Assembly (NCBI GenBank): GCA_951406725.2 | Contig: OX597828.1 | Span: forward strand, 26,040,001 to 26,104,000 | Origin: Octopus vulgaris | Taxonomy: Eukaryota | Length of the DNA: 64,000 nt | Direction of reading: 5' to 3' | Shown: positions 1 through 12,570 of the stretch, one piece after another | Numbering within the stretch: the first letter of the stretch is position 1 | Layout of the letters: each line of letters starts with the position of its first letter | Translations under genes and position numbers: made by a program | The notes under the pieces: model-generated | Seen by the model: only the letters and a program-made list of their open reading frames with translations | Told to the model about the DNA's origin: nothing | Database searches by the model: none

Positions 1-262
1 ATACCCACGAATGATCTTTTTTTGGTATGCTGAGCGTTTCACCTCTAGGTCTTCTTTGAGGTATGCTAGTCCAGTTGATTTAAAGTTGTATGGGAGGGGG
101 CATCAGGAAGGGAATTCTTCCAGAAGACCTCACTTCCGATACGTAGTATATGGTTTTCTTCACTTTTCAACTGTCGTCGTTTAGCAAATGCTGTCTGAGA
201 AAGACTATGCGACATTCGAAGACTGTTTACACTGATCTCAAGCCCCTAACTCCTTTATCCCT
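1..262 (-). mobile_element. Decayed R4/Dong-type (RLE) LINE fragment
   Basis: Minus-strand translation gives KRDKGVRGLRSV*TVFECRIVFLRQHL (RxxGGRGL-like post-RT motif) and later YQKKIIRGY (KxxHGxY-like), with stops and frameshifts. Confidence 0.5.
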
Positions 263-271
263 TTTTTTTTT

Positions 272-788
272 AGGGCGCTAAAATTAATGCATATTTAAGC
301 AGCAAATAGCACCGAAAATACACGTGCTACATACTTATACATTATAATTTTCAAATCCACCGCGAAAGTCTGAGGATAACTACAAACATTTTTTATTTTT
401 ATTCTCTTTGAAATTGCTCTTATTCCTGGTTTAGACTTTAACTGTCCTTTCTAGCATGTAAGATGTCTTGTCAAAGGTCACCTCTTTCGTGTATAAATAT
501 GTAAATTGTCTATACACAATTATATATGAAAATATGTTGTCCATTGGCTTCATTACGCATGCTAGCAACCGGTATGAAATTTTTTCTAAATTTTCTACCC
601 TTATTATTTTCGTAAAATATTCGTAGTTTCAAAGCCTTTGTGGTACGCAGTTTTAATTTGTTATTGTTATTTGCTGCCGCATGTAACTGCGCTTGCGTGG
701 CGGATTTGAAAATTATAATGTATAAGTGTGTAGCACGGGTGTTTTCGGTGCTATTTGCTGCATAAATATGCATTAGATTTAGCGCCCT
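272..788. repeat. MITE-like element with ~87-bp inverted arms
   Basis: 272-358 (agggcgctaaaattaatgcatattt...ttcaaatcc) is the reverse complement of 702-788 with scattered mismatches. Confidence 0.75.
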
Positions 789-987
789 TGCTGAAGAAGT
801 ACGGATGGCAAAATAATTTATTTTTCTCACTGATACAGAAACTCGAGTCTGAGGTTAACTACAAAAAATTTTTTTTATTTTCATTCCCTTTGAAATTGCT
901 CTTATTCGTGGTTTGCTTTTTAAGTGTCCTTTCTCGCATGTCCTGTCTTAGTAAACTAATTTGGAAATTGAAGGATAGTAAGAAATT

Positions 988-1379
988 GTGGCTGTGTGGT
1001 AGGTAGCTTGCTTACCAACCACATGGTTCCGGGTTCAGTCCCACTGCATGGCATCTTGGGCAAGTGTCTTCTACTATAGCCTCGGGCTGACCAAAGCCTT
1101 GTGAGTGGATTTGGTAGACGGAAACTGAAAGAAGCCTGTCGTATATATATATATGTATGTGTGTGTATGTGTTTGTGTGTCTGTGTTTGTCCCCCTAGCA
1201 TTGCTTGACAACCAATGCTGGTGTATTTACGTCCCCGTCACTTAGCGGTTCGGCAAAAAGAGACCGATAGAATAAGTACTGGGCTTACAAAGAATAAGTC
1301 CCGGGGTCGAGTTGCTCGACTAAAGGCGGTGCTCCAGCATGGCCGCAGTCAACTGACTGAAACAAGTAAAAGAGTAAAA
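988..1379 (+). mobile_element. SINE family A (tRNA-derived, octopus-type)
   Basis: A-box tggctgtgtggt, B-box ggttcagtccc, cttgggcaagt core-like motif, internal TA/TG microsatellite, tail gaaacaagtaaaagag; near-identical to 47828-48247. Confidence 0.9.
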
Positions 1380-1759
1380 TACATTGGAAAATACTTAGTC
1401 CTACTAGATCGTATAAAATTAAGGATGCTAGACGCAACTTGTCTATAGATGAATTATACCAGTTATTAACATCTAAGAAGAAATTGCTTAATGTAAGACC
1501 TGAGAGTGGTCTATCTTGTACACACTATTCTAAATATGTGTTTTGAAAATTTTAATGTATCTATATTTGTACTTGTACGTACGTTTTTGAATATGTGAAT
1601 ATATATACATATATGTATATATATGTGTATATGTATATATAAATATATGTATGTATGCATGTATGTATGTATGTATGTATGTATGTATGTACGTATATAT
1701 GTATGTATGTGTGTATGTATGTGTGTATATATATGTATATACACATATATGTATATGTG

Positions 1760-1971
1760 TTTGACCCTTCTGTCCGGCACTAGTCGCCATGATCGATCGT
1801 TAGCCACTACACACATCTTTTTTCTCTCCTTGTTTTTTGTGTGTCCCTTTCTGTAGAAAAGCGTAGGCTCGAAACGTAAAATACTTTTTCTATTCCTGAG
1901 CGTTGTACTAATACATTTGTTTGTTTTGTACACCACCCGTCTTCGTCTTTTGTTTTTTTTTCGTAAACTCT

Positions 1972-1976
<5 letters not shown>
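1760..1976 (+). mobile_element. Non-autonomous (TA)n-nested element with decayed hammerhead motif (family H2)
   Basis: 1848-1881 ttt-CTGTAGA-a-aagc-gtag-gctc-GAAA-cg-T-A-aaa; homologous to 35961-36148(-); shares downstream ttcctgagcgt with 43461-43668. Confidence 0.65.
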
Positions 1977-2014
<38 letters not shown>

Positions 2015-2109
2015 TGTGTGTGTGTGTGTGTATGAATGTATATATAAACAGTTCAAAGCCACAGCCACCCACTGCACCCATTAAAACTAAGGACTTAGTT
2101 TTAATGGAT

Positions 2110-2977
2110 TCTAGAGCATTATCCTGATGAAACAAGATCCTTTTGTCAGTTTTCCGGTATATTTGACCTTTCCTCGCTGCCCCAGCAAGTCGACATAGTA
2201 CTCTCCGTTGATGGTGTGACCTTTGGCTTTGTTTAAAGCACACGAGGAGAGATATTTCCACTACATGGATTGTTTCTTTGTCTTTGGTTGAAAGTGATGA
2301 AGCGAACCCTCATCCTGGCGCACAAAATGTTCAAGGAAACCAGCCGGATTTGCCTCACACAATGCCAGATTTTCCGATGGTGTCATCTACCTGGTGCACT
2401 TTTGATCAGGTATCAGATGACATGACACCCAACAAGCAGAAACCTTCATCATGCTAAGTTCATTGTGCAGAATATTTTCAACTCTCTCACGGGATATGTT
2501 AATAGCGCTGGTTATTTGTTTTATAGTCAATTCGCCTGTCATTCATCACCATGCAGTGAGCACAATCGATGTTACAGGACCTCCAGACCTTAAGTCATCT
2601 TCAAGACTCTCTCTTACCCTCCTAAATTCAGCTGTCCCCTTTTGCACTTTTTATTTGTTTGTAATTTGACAGCAGCCATGCTGGAGCACCGCCTTTAGTC
2701 GATCAAGTCGACCCCAGGACTTATTCTTTGTAAGCCTTGTCACAAGGCCTTGGTCGGCCCGAGGCTATAGTAAAAGACACTTGCCGAAGGTGCCACGCAG
2801 TGGGACTGAACACGGAACCATGTAGTTGGCAAGCAAGCTACTTACCACACAGCCACTCCTGCGCCACTGTTGATAATCCTGCAGAATCATCTCCTAATGT
2901 AGCAATCATGTCAACATGAGGGTCTTTGGGGTCTAAACCCTTTTCCTGCTGGTACTACGATGCCACATCTTGTCCAT
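2110..2977 (-). pseudogene. Mariner (DD34D) transposase relic interrupted by a SINE
   Basis: Minus-strand pieces MDKM..KGLDPKDPHVDMIATLGDD, RESLEDDLRSGGP, KVSACWV (WVP-like), FVRQDEG..HHFQPKTKKQSM*W, ILFHQDNA. Confidence 0.85.
2665..2863 (-). mobile_element. SINE family A, internally deleted copy nested in the mariner
   Basis: Reverse complement of the SINE A tail (gccatgctggagcaccgcc) joined to its head (ccacacagccactcctgcgcc). Confidence 0.85.
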
Positions 2978-3867
2978 TTTCAGAAGATGCTACTGGTTAC
3001 TTGTATAGTTTTCTCTGAACAGTCAGATGTCAGTTTACCAGGAATTAAATAATGCAGATTAGTGCATGCGCGATTTCACAGCTCAATCATCACTCCTTCA
3101 TATTCAGCATATGAACTTCAAAACACTTGGATAATATGCAAGGTCGAAGCTAACGGGTAAGATTTGAACTCGTTCATTAATCAACGAGATTAATAACTGC
3201 TCAGCGCGTTTCCATCTTATCCACCTTCACAAACCTGATAATAATATCAAAATGAATTACCTTTAAAGGGCAGAAATCCAATAGTTAAGCATATCGATGA
3301 GAATATCATCAGGGTTTAGTGCTGGAAAAGTAATCGATAAAGAGCGTCAGAAAGAATAGAGTCTAATTAGAGATTTTAGAGAAGATTGTGCTTCCAAATA
3401 CCCAAGACTCCTTTGAGTAGATTGTATAATTTTCAGATGGATAAGGACAGAAAATATACTGTAATAAAAATAAAGAAACGCATAAATAGCATGAAAACAT
3501 GAAGGCGGCACTGAGCAACATAATCCGTCGATTGCAATCCGAAAAAATAAAAACCATTAGGAATATGGGTCGACATGAGTACACAACAAAGGAAATTTAT
3601 GAACTTCTGTAAATCATTTGATTATCCCCGCAAAACAAAACACGAAAAAAATGTGGTGGTGTTGGGGGACCCAGGTCTTGTAATCAGAAGGTTATAGATT
3701 CAATGTTTCGTAGATGTGATACCGATTTGCGAAATTTTCGATGCCAGATCAAATATTTTTCCTTGAGCCGTTGGACTCATCAGGCCAGTTAACCGGTTGC
3801 TTTAGTCTATAAGTGACCAAGATCGCAATATTCTCTTGAAGGGGAGGCCAGTCTGTTGTAGGGTCCA

Positions 3868-4052
3868 AGGCCAACAATTTTGAGGGGAGGAGTACAAGAC
3901 GATTACCTCAATCCCCAGTACTTGACTAGTACTTTATTTTATTGACCCCGAAACGATGATCTCGACAGGATCTGAACTCAAGACATAAATATCCGGAAGA
4001 ATTGCTGCTAAAGATTTTGTCCGATATTCCATCGATTCTGCCAGCTCACCGT
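3868..4052 (-). mobile_element. SINE family B, diverged copy
   Basis: Matches the reverse complement of the SINE B consensus (tgaactca, gattctgccagctcaccg). Confidence 0.75.
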
Positions 4053-5174
4053 CTTTCATCAAATATTGGCGTCCATAATTTAATTCTTCTCCATCTTTAA
4101 TGCTTATATTACATGTTCATAAAAAAAATATGTGTTCTGATATTCATTACTGTTCATTACTGTTGTGTTGTTGATACTGCCAATAATTTCATTAGGCTAA
4201 TTTAAAATTTTCCTATTTTAATTGACACCACGAAAAAGAGTAAAAATAACGAACTAACATTGTTCACGTCCGGATCGAATAGTGATTAAAATACATAGAA
4301 ATAATTAACACTTAATCATTAGTAAATTCTTGTCTTTAAATTAAGTGAAAGCAATATGTATATATGTGTGTGTGTGAGAGAGAGAGAGAGTATATAGATA
4401 GGTTGATAAATAGATAAATGAGTATGTGTATGTATATATGCATATATACATACATATGTGCACCCATATGTTGCATCATATCAACACTGGCACATCCTCG
4501 CAGAAAGAGGGAGAGAGAGAGAGAGATTAAGAAAAATAAAGAGTTAAATAAGAGTGGGGAAGGCTACCTTCCCCACTCATTCGTCCATCACACTCTTAAG
4601 TTCAACTGAAAGAAAGATGAGCATTTCATTTCATTCTTTCCAGCCCCGCAATCTCTGGAATATCTTGAAACTAAGCCCACCAACCCACAAAGGAAAAACA
4701 AATATGAAAAACGGTAAAAGCAAAAGGGGGTAAAAAAAAAAAATAGAAAAACAAATGTTCAACAAGTTTGTTGAAGGGTTTGTGTAACAAATGTCCCCTG
4801 TTCCATCGTGACAGAGGTCTTCCCCCCACCACCGAGACTCTATGTACGTTTGTCGTTGCTAATATGTTTGCTTGTTTACCTATTCCAATGTTGACGCAGC
4901 CGCAATGGAGGGTTGCGAAGAGAAGAAAAATGATGTCGGCGGTGGAGGGAGAAGGAGGAGGAGCAGGTCATTCTCTCCCTATTTGTTGACTGACAATTCC
5001 GATTACAGTAACTATGTCAATTTGCCGAGGTAACGATCGCCGTCTCTATTTACCCCTCCCCTCACCACCACCACCACCACCACCACCACCACCACCACAC
5101 ACGCACAAACTACAATCAAACCCAGTCACTCCCACTTCATCTCATTCTCCCATCACTCTCTTACTCTCTTTCTT

Positions 5175-5207
<33 letters not shown>

Positions 5208-5362
5208 ATCTCCCCTTCTGCGTGTGTGTGTGTGTGTCTGTCTGTGTGTATGTGTGCATCCGCACACATATACAGTCATATAAATACAAGTCTGTGTCTG
5301 TGATGTGTGTGAGTACATACACAAATACATACATACATACATATGTACGTATGCATGTACTC

Positions 5363-5532
<170 letters not shown>

Positions 5533-5768
5533 CGTTTGTGTGTATTTGTGTGCGCGCATATACCCGCTCACATATATGAACACACATGCGTACGTATATA
5601 CAATTATCCGATTCTGGTACGTCTGTGTGTGTGTATGTGTGTGTGTCTGTCTGTCTGTGTGTATACATATACACGTACACATTCATATACACACATACGA
5701 GCATACAAGTCTGTATATGTGTCTACGTAATTGCATATGTAAGTGTGTGTATGTGTATATATATATAT

Positions 5769-5859
<91 letters not shown>

Positions 5860-5870
5860 TATATGTACAC

Positions 5871-5922
<52 letters not shown>

Positions 5923-6184
5923 CGCATGCGCGTCAGTTTCTATACTGTTTGTGTTCATCTTTTTTCTCTGTTTCTCCCTTTTTCTCTTCATGCAATGTCT
6001 CTCTGTCTTTTCTTCTCTTCCTTTTCTCTCTCTCACTCTTTCTATACACTCTGTTCCCAATCCCTCTTTTCCCTCTCCTCGCCCTCTTTCTCTCTTTATA
6101 ACTCTCTTTGTTTCTGTCTCTCTCTCTCTCTCTCTCTCTCACATAGCTTTCTCTGTTCTTTTCCTCTCTTAAATATTCCATCAG

Positions 6185-6390
6185 GGCCACCAAGAGGAAG
6201 GTCATTGGCGTGCTGCAACAGCAAGGTGCGCAACACGGCATCAGGGACCGGTGGTGGCGGTAGTAGTGGCGGTGGTGGGGGTGGTGGTGGTGGTGGTGGT
6301 GGTGGTATTAGTGGTGCTGGTGGTGGTGTTGGTGGTGTTGGTGGTGGTGACAGTGGTGGTGGTACTGTTGGTACTTTGGGTCCGGTCTAG
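6185..6390 (+). other. Possible terminal coding exon (Gly-rich) or non-coding GC-rich island
   Basis: Long polypyrimidine tract then CAG at 6182-6184, followed by open frame GPPRGRSLACCNSKVRNTASGTGGG...GTLGPV*; no homologue recognised. Confidence 0.2.
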
Positions 6391-7089
6391 TCTGACGTTA
6401 CCGTCTTTGTATCTCCCCACCAACCTTAACCTCACAACAACATCCTCATTCCACCCATGCCCATCACCGCCCACGCGCTCCTCACACACTCCATTCGCAC
6501 TACACAACACCCAAACACCACATCATCCGAGTTCTTCTTCCTTCTCCACCTCTTGCTTCCATTTGCTGTCGTTAAGGACCAACAATGTGATCTGCCATGC
6601 AGCCGCCCAGCACACACAGGTTTTCGGTACACAACCAACCCTGCTATACCCCGTACACTCCTTGCTCCTTACAACCTATTCATTTCAGGAATGTGCGCGC
6701 AGTTGTGAAAAATTCAACTTTAAAGACCTGTTTCGGTCCTAAATGGTTGCCTTGGCCAAATATTACCGCATGCTTCAACCGCATCCTCTATCTCTACCCA
6801 CGCCTTTTCTACTTCCCTACTCTCTCTCTCACTCCCTCTCTAACACATACACACACACACAACGAATGAAACCGCCTGCCAGCTAGTCACTCAGTCACAC
6901 TCCCTGATCACAAACCCTCTCACGTGTCTTTGAATACTGACAATAACAAACCATAAGAACTGGATTATACGTACATAACTACATATATATACACGCACAC
7001 ACATGCACACGTAAATATTTCCTTACTTACATAACATGTACGTGTATACATTTATGCATATCGTTACGCATTTATGGATATATATATAA

Positions 7090-7315
7090 TAATTATTATT
7101 TGAGGGAATAAAATCCAAACTTACAAGGAAAAGAATTCAATTTAGAAATACTAAATCAAATTTCACACAATATAATTTATACATAAAAAATTTGAAAAAA
7201 CCCCACCTTTTATCAATTCAAAATGAACAATTAAATTACACCAACTAGAAAATTACATATAATAGAAAAGTTAAATTTAAAATGACAATAAAATGTAAAG
7301 AATAAGTAAATTGCA

Positions 7316-7320
<5 letters not shown>
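7090..7320 (+). mobile_element. AT-rich (TA)n-nested interspersed element (family C)
   Basis: Same sequence recurs at 15618-15776(+) and 43075-43382(-), each time abutting (TA)n at the same end. Confidence 0.8.
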
Positions 7321-7372
<52 letters not shown>

Positions 7373-7543
7373 TAAGAAAGTTGGTTTGTGAAAGCACGTG
7401 AGTAAATATATAGAAAATAGTAAAGAGTGAAAAAACTACAGAAGGCTTAAATGTTAAAAAATATATATATTTGCGTCAATATGTCTGAAGAATATTAGAA
7501 AATTTTTAAAAACAATTTTTTCTCTTATAATGACATAATTTAA

Positions 7544-7582
7544 AAGAAAGACCGGTTTCGCGTGTAGCTTTTCAAATTTCTT
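7544..7582 (-). ncRNA. Decayed minimal type I hammerhead motif
   Basis: aagaaa-TTTGAAAA-gc-tacac-gc-GAAA-ccgg-T-C-tttctt: 6-bp stem I, palindromic stem III, mutated core; inside a TA-flanked element 7371-7590. Confidence 0.5.
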
Positions 7583-7999
7583 ACGACGTTATATATATAT
7601 ATATTTACATCCTAAACAAGGACTCCAGGAGCAAGAGCACATTGCAAGATGGTTACTAACACCATACCTATGTAATTCTAATGTCTTTTTAGCTTTTATC
7701 TAAGCTGCTGGCGAGTACTTTCTGACAACTCATATTTTCCATTTATGAACATCTGTCTTTCTGTACAAATTGTTCAGCAACATGAGTAATAAAAACTATA
7801 ATCCATTTGAACATCTAAATATGAATGAATTTGTTGGACTGTGTTTAATAAGTTAAATCATACACTTAATATTTCTATATAACTTTTCATATCTACACAA
7901 ATTTACACCAGTAAATTCAAAAGTAAAGTAGGAAGAAACAACGTTAGAAATCTTTTGGAAATTACTCCAATTAAAGGACGAACTCGCATTCAACCTCTT

Positions 8000-8078
<79 letters not shown>

Positions 8079-8082
<4 letters not shown>

Positions 8083-9172
8083 GAATAGATATACAAAGAT
8101 TAAGGAAAACTAGCCGAAATACTAAACAAGACTTAAAAATACTCCCGTACATCTCCACACATAACCCCTGAAACTACGAAGCCTTCAACATCATCACCCA
8201 AAACCTTCCCATCCTCACAGCAGACAAAACAATGAGCGAAATTTTAAGCTCATATAAAATTATAAAAAGCAAAAAGCAACCGAAGTCACCGAAAAGAATA
8301 CTAACCAGCGCTAGACTTTACCCACTAACTACTGAGCCAAAAGTGACAAAATGTGGACTTCTAACTGTGGAACATGCCCCCACCTTCTGGACGGTTCAGA
8401 ATTCAAATTCAAACAAGGAGAAATATTTAAGATCAAATCAAATTTCACCTGCGCCTGAACAAATGTAATCTATGTCATGACATGCATATGATGTGGTAAA
8501 CTCTATATTGGACAAACAGGAATTTCGCTCCGTCAAAGAATCACCATTCACAAAGAGCAAGTCCGTCACCCACAATATAGACAGTTAAAGGTGAGTGAAC
8601 ACATAGAAAGATGTTCCAGAAAACTTAATCCCAATTTCCAAATATTTCCCTTTTACCAATGCTCACAGAACACCACAATGCAACAAAGGTTGAATAAAGA
8701 GGCATTTTTCATCAACAAATTTCTCCCCCAACTAAATATGAACACACAACTCAATACAGAACACCACTAACTCTTCAATTTAAACCACTAAACCCTATAC
8801 ATTTCCTACATCACCCACATCTCTAATTCCAGAACTACTTACCTCTCTTACAAATAATCTTTTTTCTCAGGAACTATTAGACCTGACACCGTATATTAAC
8901 CGATGTTGTTCAAACGATGAATAGCCTACGCGTAAACCAATTGGTTCGTTTCATTCTCTTACTTTTTTATTATTATTATCATCTTATAATCATCTCATAA
9001 TAATGACCTTTATGACTCGTATTACTACCTCAGTCAAACTAAATGTATATATTTGTCTCTACCTGTCATAAATAGCCTTTTTCTATTTGCAATGTGCATT
9101 TTCGTTGATTTTTCATATTTTACCCTTACATTTCCACGTGTATTTTATATTTTCTTTTTTGTAACATATTTC

Positions 9173-9178
<6 letters not shown>
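8079..9178 (+). mobile_element. Penelope-like element 3' fragment (linker + GIY-YIG pseudogene + 3' repeat)
   Basis: [51 protein letters not shown]...FINKFLPQLN; homologous to the C-terminus of the 33418-34866 ORF; (TA)n on both sides. Confidence 0.92.
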
Positions 9179-9255
<77 letters not shown>

Positions 9256-9262
<7 letters not shown>

Positions 9263-9533
9263 GAAATATGTTACGAAAAGAAAATATAAAATACACGTGG
9301 AAATGTAAGGGTAAAATATGAAAAATCAACGAAAATGCATATTGCAGATAGAAAAGGCTATTTATGACAGGTAGTGACAAATATATACATTTAGTTTGAC
9401 TGAGGTAGTAATACGAGTCATAAAGGTCATTATTATGAGATGATTATAAGATGATAATAATAATAAAAAAGTAAGAGAATGAAACGAACCAATTGGTTTA
9501 CGCGTAGGCTATTCATCGTTTGAACAACATCGG

Positions 9534-9541
<8 letters not shown>
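9256..9541 (-). repeat. Inverted copy of the PLE 3' end (8892-9178)
   Basis: Reverse complement match over ~285 bp with a handful of differences. Confidence 0.95.
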
Positions 9542-9594
<53 letters not shown>

Positions 9595-9930
9595 TATGTA
9601 AACTTATATGTATAAGTATATATATATATATACATATATAAATATATATATTAATCAATTTAGGGTAGCAAAAAATTCAATAGAAATTATTTTGCCACCA
9701 CCGGTCTAGTGAGAAAGAGGAAATAGTCAGAGACTATAAATAAATTCAACAATTGAGGAACGGCTATAATAGGCCGTTCGACCCACTAGAAAGAGCAGCC
9801 AGGGCTCCAACCGCAAATAGTAGTAATTCCTAAATCAAAGGAAAAATAAAAAAACATTTACCCTATTCGGAGTCCTGGCTGCTCTTTCTAGTGGGTCGAA
9901 CGGCCTATTATAGCCGTTTCTCAATTGTTG

Positions 9931-9995
<65 letters not shown>

Positions 9996-9998
9996 TAA

Positions 9999-10065
<67 letters not shown>

Positions 10066-10328
10066 CGCACCTGCACAGTTATAACTCAATGTGCATGTGT
10101 GTGGGAATAAAATTTACATACATTCAGATGTTGCAGTTTTTCAACGAAAAGTGAAGAGAGTATTCACTATATGTCACAGAGTTGATATGTACTTATGTAT
10201 AACTATCTATCTATTAATTCATCTCTCTCCCTTCCCTCCACCTCTCTCTCTCAATGTGTGTAAAGGCTCAAGAGTCAATCCGTACAGAAATGGTTATGAT
10301 TATTATTATTATTATTATTATTATTATT

Positions 10329-10882
10329 GAGTGAGAGAGCAGTTCATGCCATCAAAGTGACACTGGGGTAAAATATACGAAGCCCAATATACCCATCATG
10401 ACTACCCGTCTGATAAGGGTACACCAGGCACATGCATCACAACCATATGTGCGCGACATAGTGATCTCATATCAAGGTAAACAGCGCATGACCTTGCAGG
10501 TGGGGACCAGTTAGAATTTTCTTCAGGTCGAGTAGCCCATCCCGCTCAAAAGGTCCCTGAATAAGGGTTGTTTAAGGATGTTGAAAGAACTACCCATGTT
10601 TCCAGAGGGGAATTATTCAAACCCCAAAGAATCCCTCTCAACACATGGCTACGATGCTCCCCCACTACTTCTGCTCGTGATCAGAGATGCACATTTCGTC
10701 AGCCACTAAGGGACATGCTCAACTGATTAAGGTCAAACAACTGACAAGCAAATCTGTGGTATTGAGCAGAATATTGCTGTAGCCCATCTTTTATACCAAG
10801 ACAAAACAATGTACATGATGACACTTCCAATCAGTTAAGATCAGAAGCCATGAGAGCCACTGCCTGGTACTGCATCAGGGCA
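10329..10882 (-). mobile_element. ~555-bp non-coding element inserted in (TAA)n
   Basis: Balanced-GC block with sharp edges and (TTA)n on both sides, no ORF; strand inferred from TAA orientation. Confidence 0.6.
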
Positions 10883-10924
<42 letters not shown>

Positions 10925-10925
<1 letters not shown>

Positions 10926-11136
10926 TCTACTCTAGGCGAAAGGACTTGAAAATTTTGGGAGAAGGGAGCTAGTCGATTACATCGACCCGAGCGCGTAACT
11001 GGTACCTATTTCAACGATCCTGAAAGGATGAAAGGCAAAGTCGAGCTCGGCAGAATTTGAACTCAGATCGTAGCGGCAGACGAAATGCCGCTAAGCATTT
11101 CGCCAGGCGTGTTAACGATTCTACCAGCTCGCCGCC
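10925..11136 (-). mobile_element. SINE family B (tRNA-derived)
   Basis: Minus strand reads ggcggcgagctggtagaatcgttaac...gagttcaaattc...ctttgcctttcatcctttc; flanked by TTA/TAA tracts. Confidence 0.9.
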
Positions 11137-11139
11137 TTA

Positions 11140-11221
<82 letters not shown>

Positions 11222-11599
11222 TTGTTGTTGTTGTACTTAGAAGTGAAAGACGTCTGTTCAAAACTCCCAAAGTAATGCTAAAATGTTATTGATTCAAGGT
11301 TATTTTTCTTGCAGTACCTCGTTAATAAGACAACTCGCTTTTTCTACAGCGAGTTGGCTCTGCGAAATATTCGCCTCTGAGGTGCGATTTATGAAACTTA
11401 AATTGGCAAAATTAAGTATTTTAAAACAAAAAGCAACATGACTTCCCCGATCGAGGGGGGTGATGGCTCTTGAATCAATCATCATAAAATTAGTTTCTCT
11501 CCACTACGAAGTACAGCTGACAAAAAAAAAACCTTCGACAACAACCGTCACAACAAAAGCAAATGAAAAAGAATGCGAAAGCAACAGAACCATGACCTT

Positions 11600-12570
11600 T
11601 CACACCACAACATACTTTCATTAAGTATTTTCTCCATGTTTTTTGCTATTCCAAACATGCTCATTGTTTTACTTATCCAACTGTTGGGACCATGTCATAT
11701 GCTTTTTTTTGTAATCTAGCCATGCAACATTCAATCCCATCAATCTGCGTCTACAATTTCTAATTATCATTTTATCAATTAATAAGTGATCTTTGTTGCC
11801 CTGCTTTGTTTCCTGCACCCTTTGTTCTTCTGGAAGTAAATTGTTACTTTCCATATGATTGTAGAACTCTTCCGCTAAGACACCGGTTATAGGTTTCCAG
11901 ATTAGCAATAAACAGGTTTTAAGTCGAAAATTTGATGCCAAGTTCCTTTCATGCAACTGTGTAAAGTTCTTCAGCCAATAGCCTTGTATTCCATCCGAGC
12001 CTGGTCCTTTCCAATTTGCTATTTTTAAACTTTTGTCTCGCTGTATATTGATTAATTCTAACTCCCTTTTTTCTTGGTATAGTTGCAAGTTGTCTTTCCA
12101 GCTCTGTTAGCCACTCCGCGCTTTCTCTATGTCTCGCTGGCCTGTTCCACAGCCTTCCCCAAGGAATTAGGTGTTGGCCTCCTCTCTATTTCCTCAAATA
12201 GACGCCTTCTGTTTGATTGGAACAGTCTATTCTGTTCGAAACCTTTGCATCTAGCATGTCTTTTCAATTTGGCATTTAATGCTGTTACCTTTGGTGTCAA
12301 TTCTTCGTGTACTGTTTGTTTTCCCCTTTCTTCTAACCTGAACTGTTCATTCAATTTTCTGCCTACTACTTTTTTTCCTGAACTCGCTCTCGTTATCCTA
12401 TTCAATTACCCCAGTTCTTTCCGTGTCTTTCCAAGCTTCATTCGTATTCGCTTCCTTCAGTTTCGTTCTTTCTTTTCATTTCCCTTTATATCTTCAGTTT
12501 TTCGCTTTTAGCCTATGTCAGCAACGACATTAGCAGCAGCTATGATTAGTTGGTTTGTTCACTGATGAAA
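11600..12570 (-). pseudogene. R4/Dong-type non-LTR retrotransposon RT relic
   Basis: QNRLFQSNRRRLFEEI, NWKGPGSDGIQGYWLKNF, LLPEEQ, KDHLLIDKMI, AWLDYKKAYDMVP across frameshifts. Confidence 0.9.

Noticed and set aside
956-1448. Recurring ORFs such as RQASFSFRLPNPLTRLWSARGYS (also 35755, 45019, 47724)
   Set aside because: Translations of SINE A; the recurrence reflects the repeat, not a protein family
5933-6241. MPCCAPCCCSTP... metallothionein-like or signal-peptide-like start on -
   Set aside because: Runs straight into (GA)n low-complexity sequence with no splice donor or homology recognised
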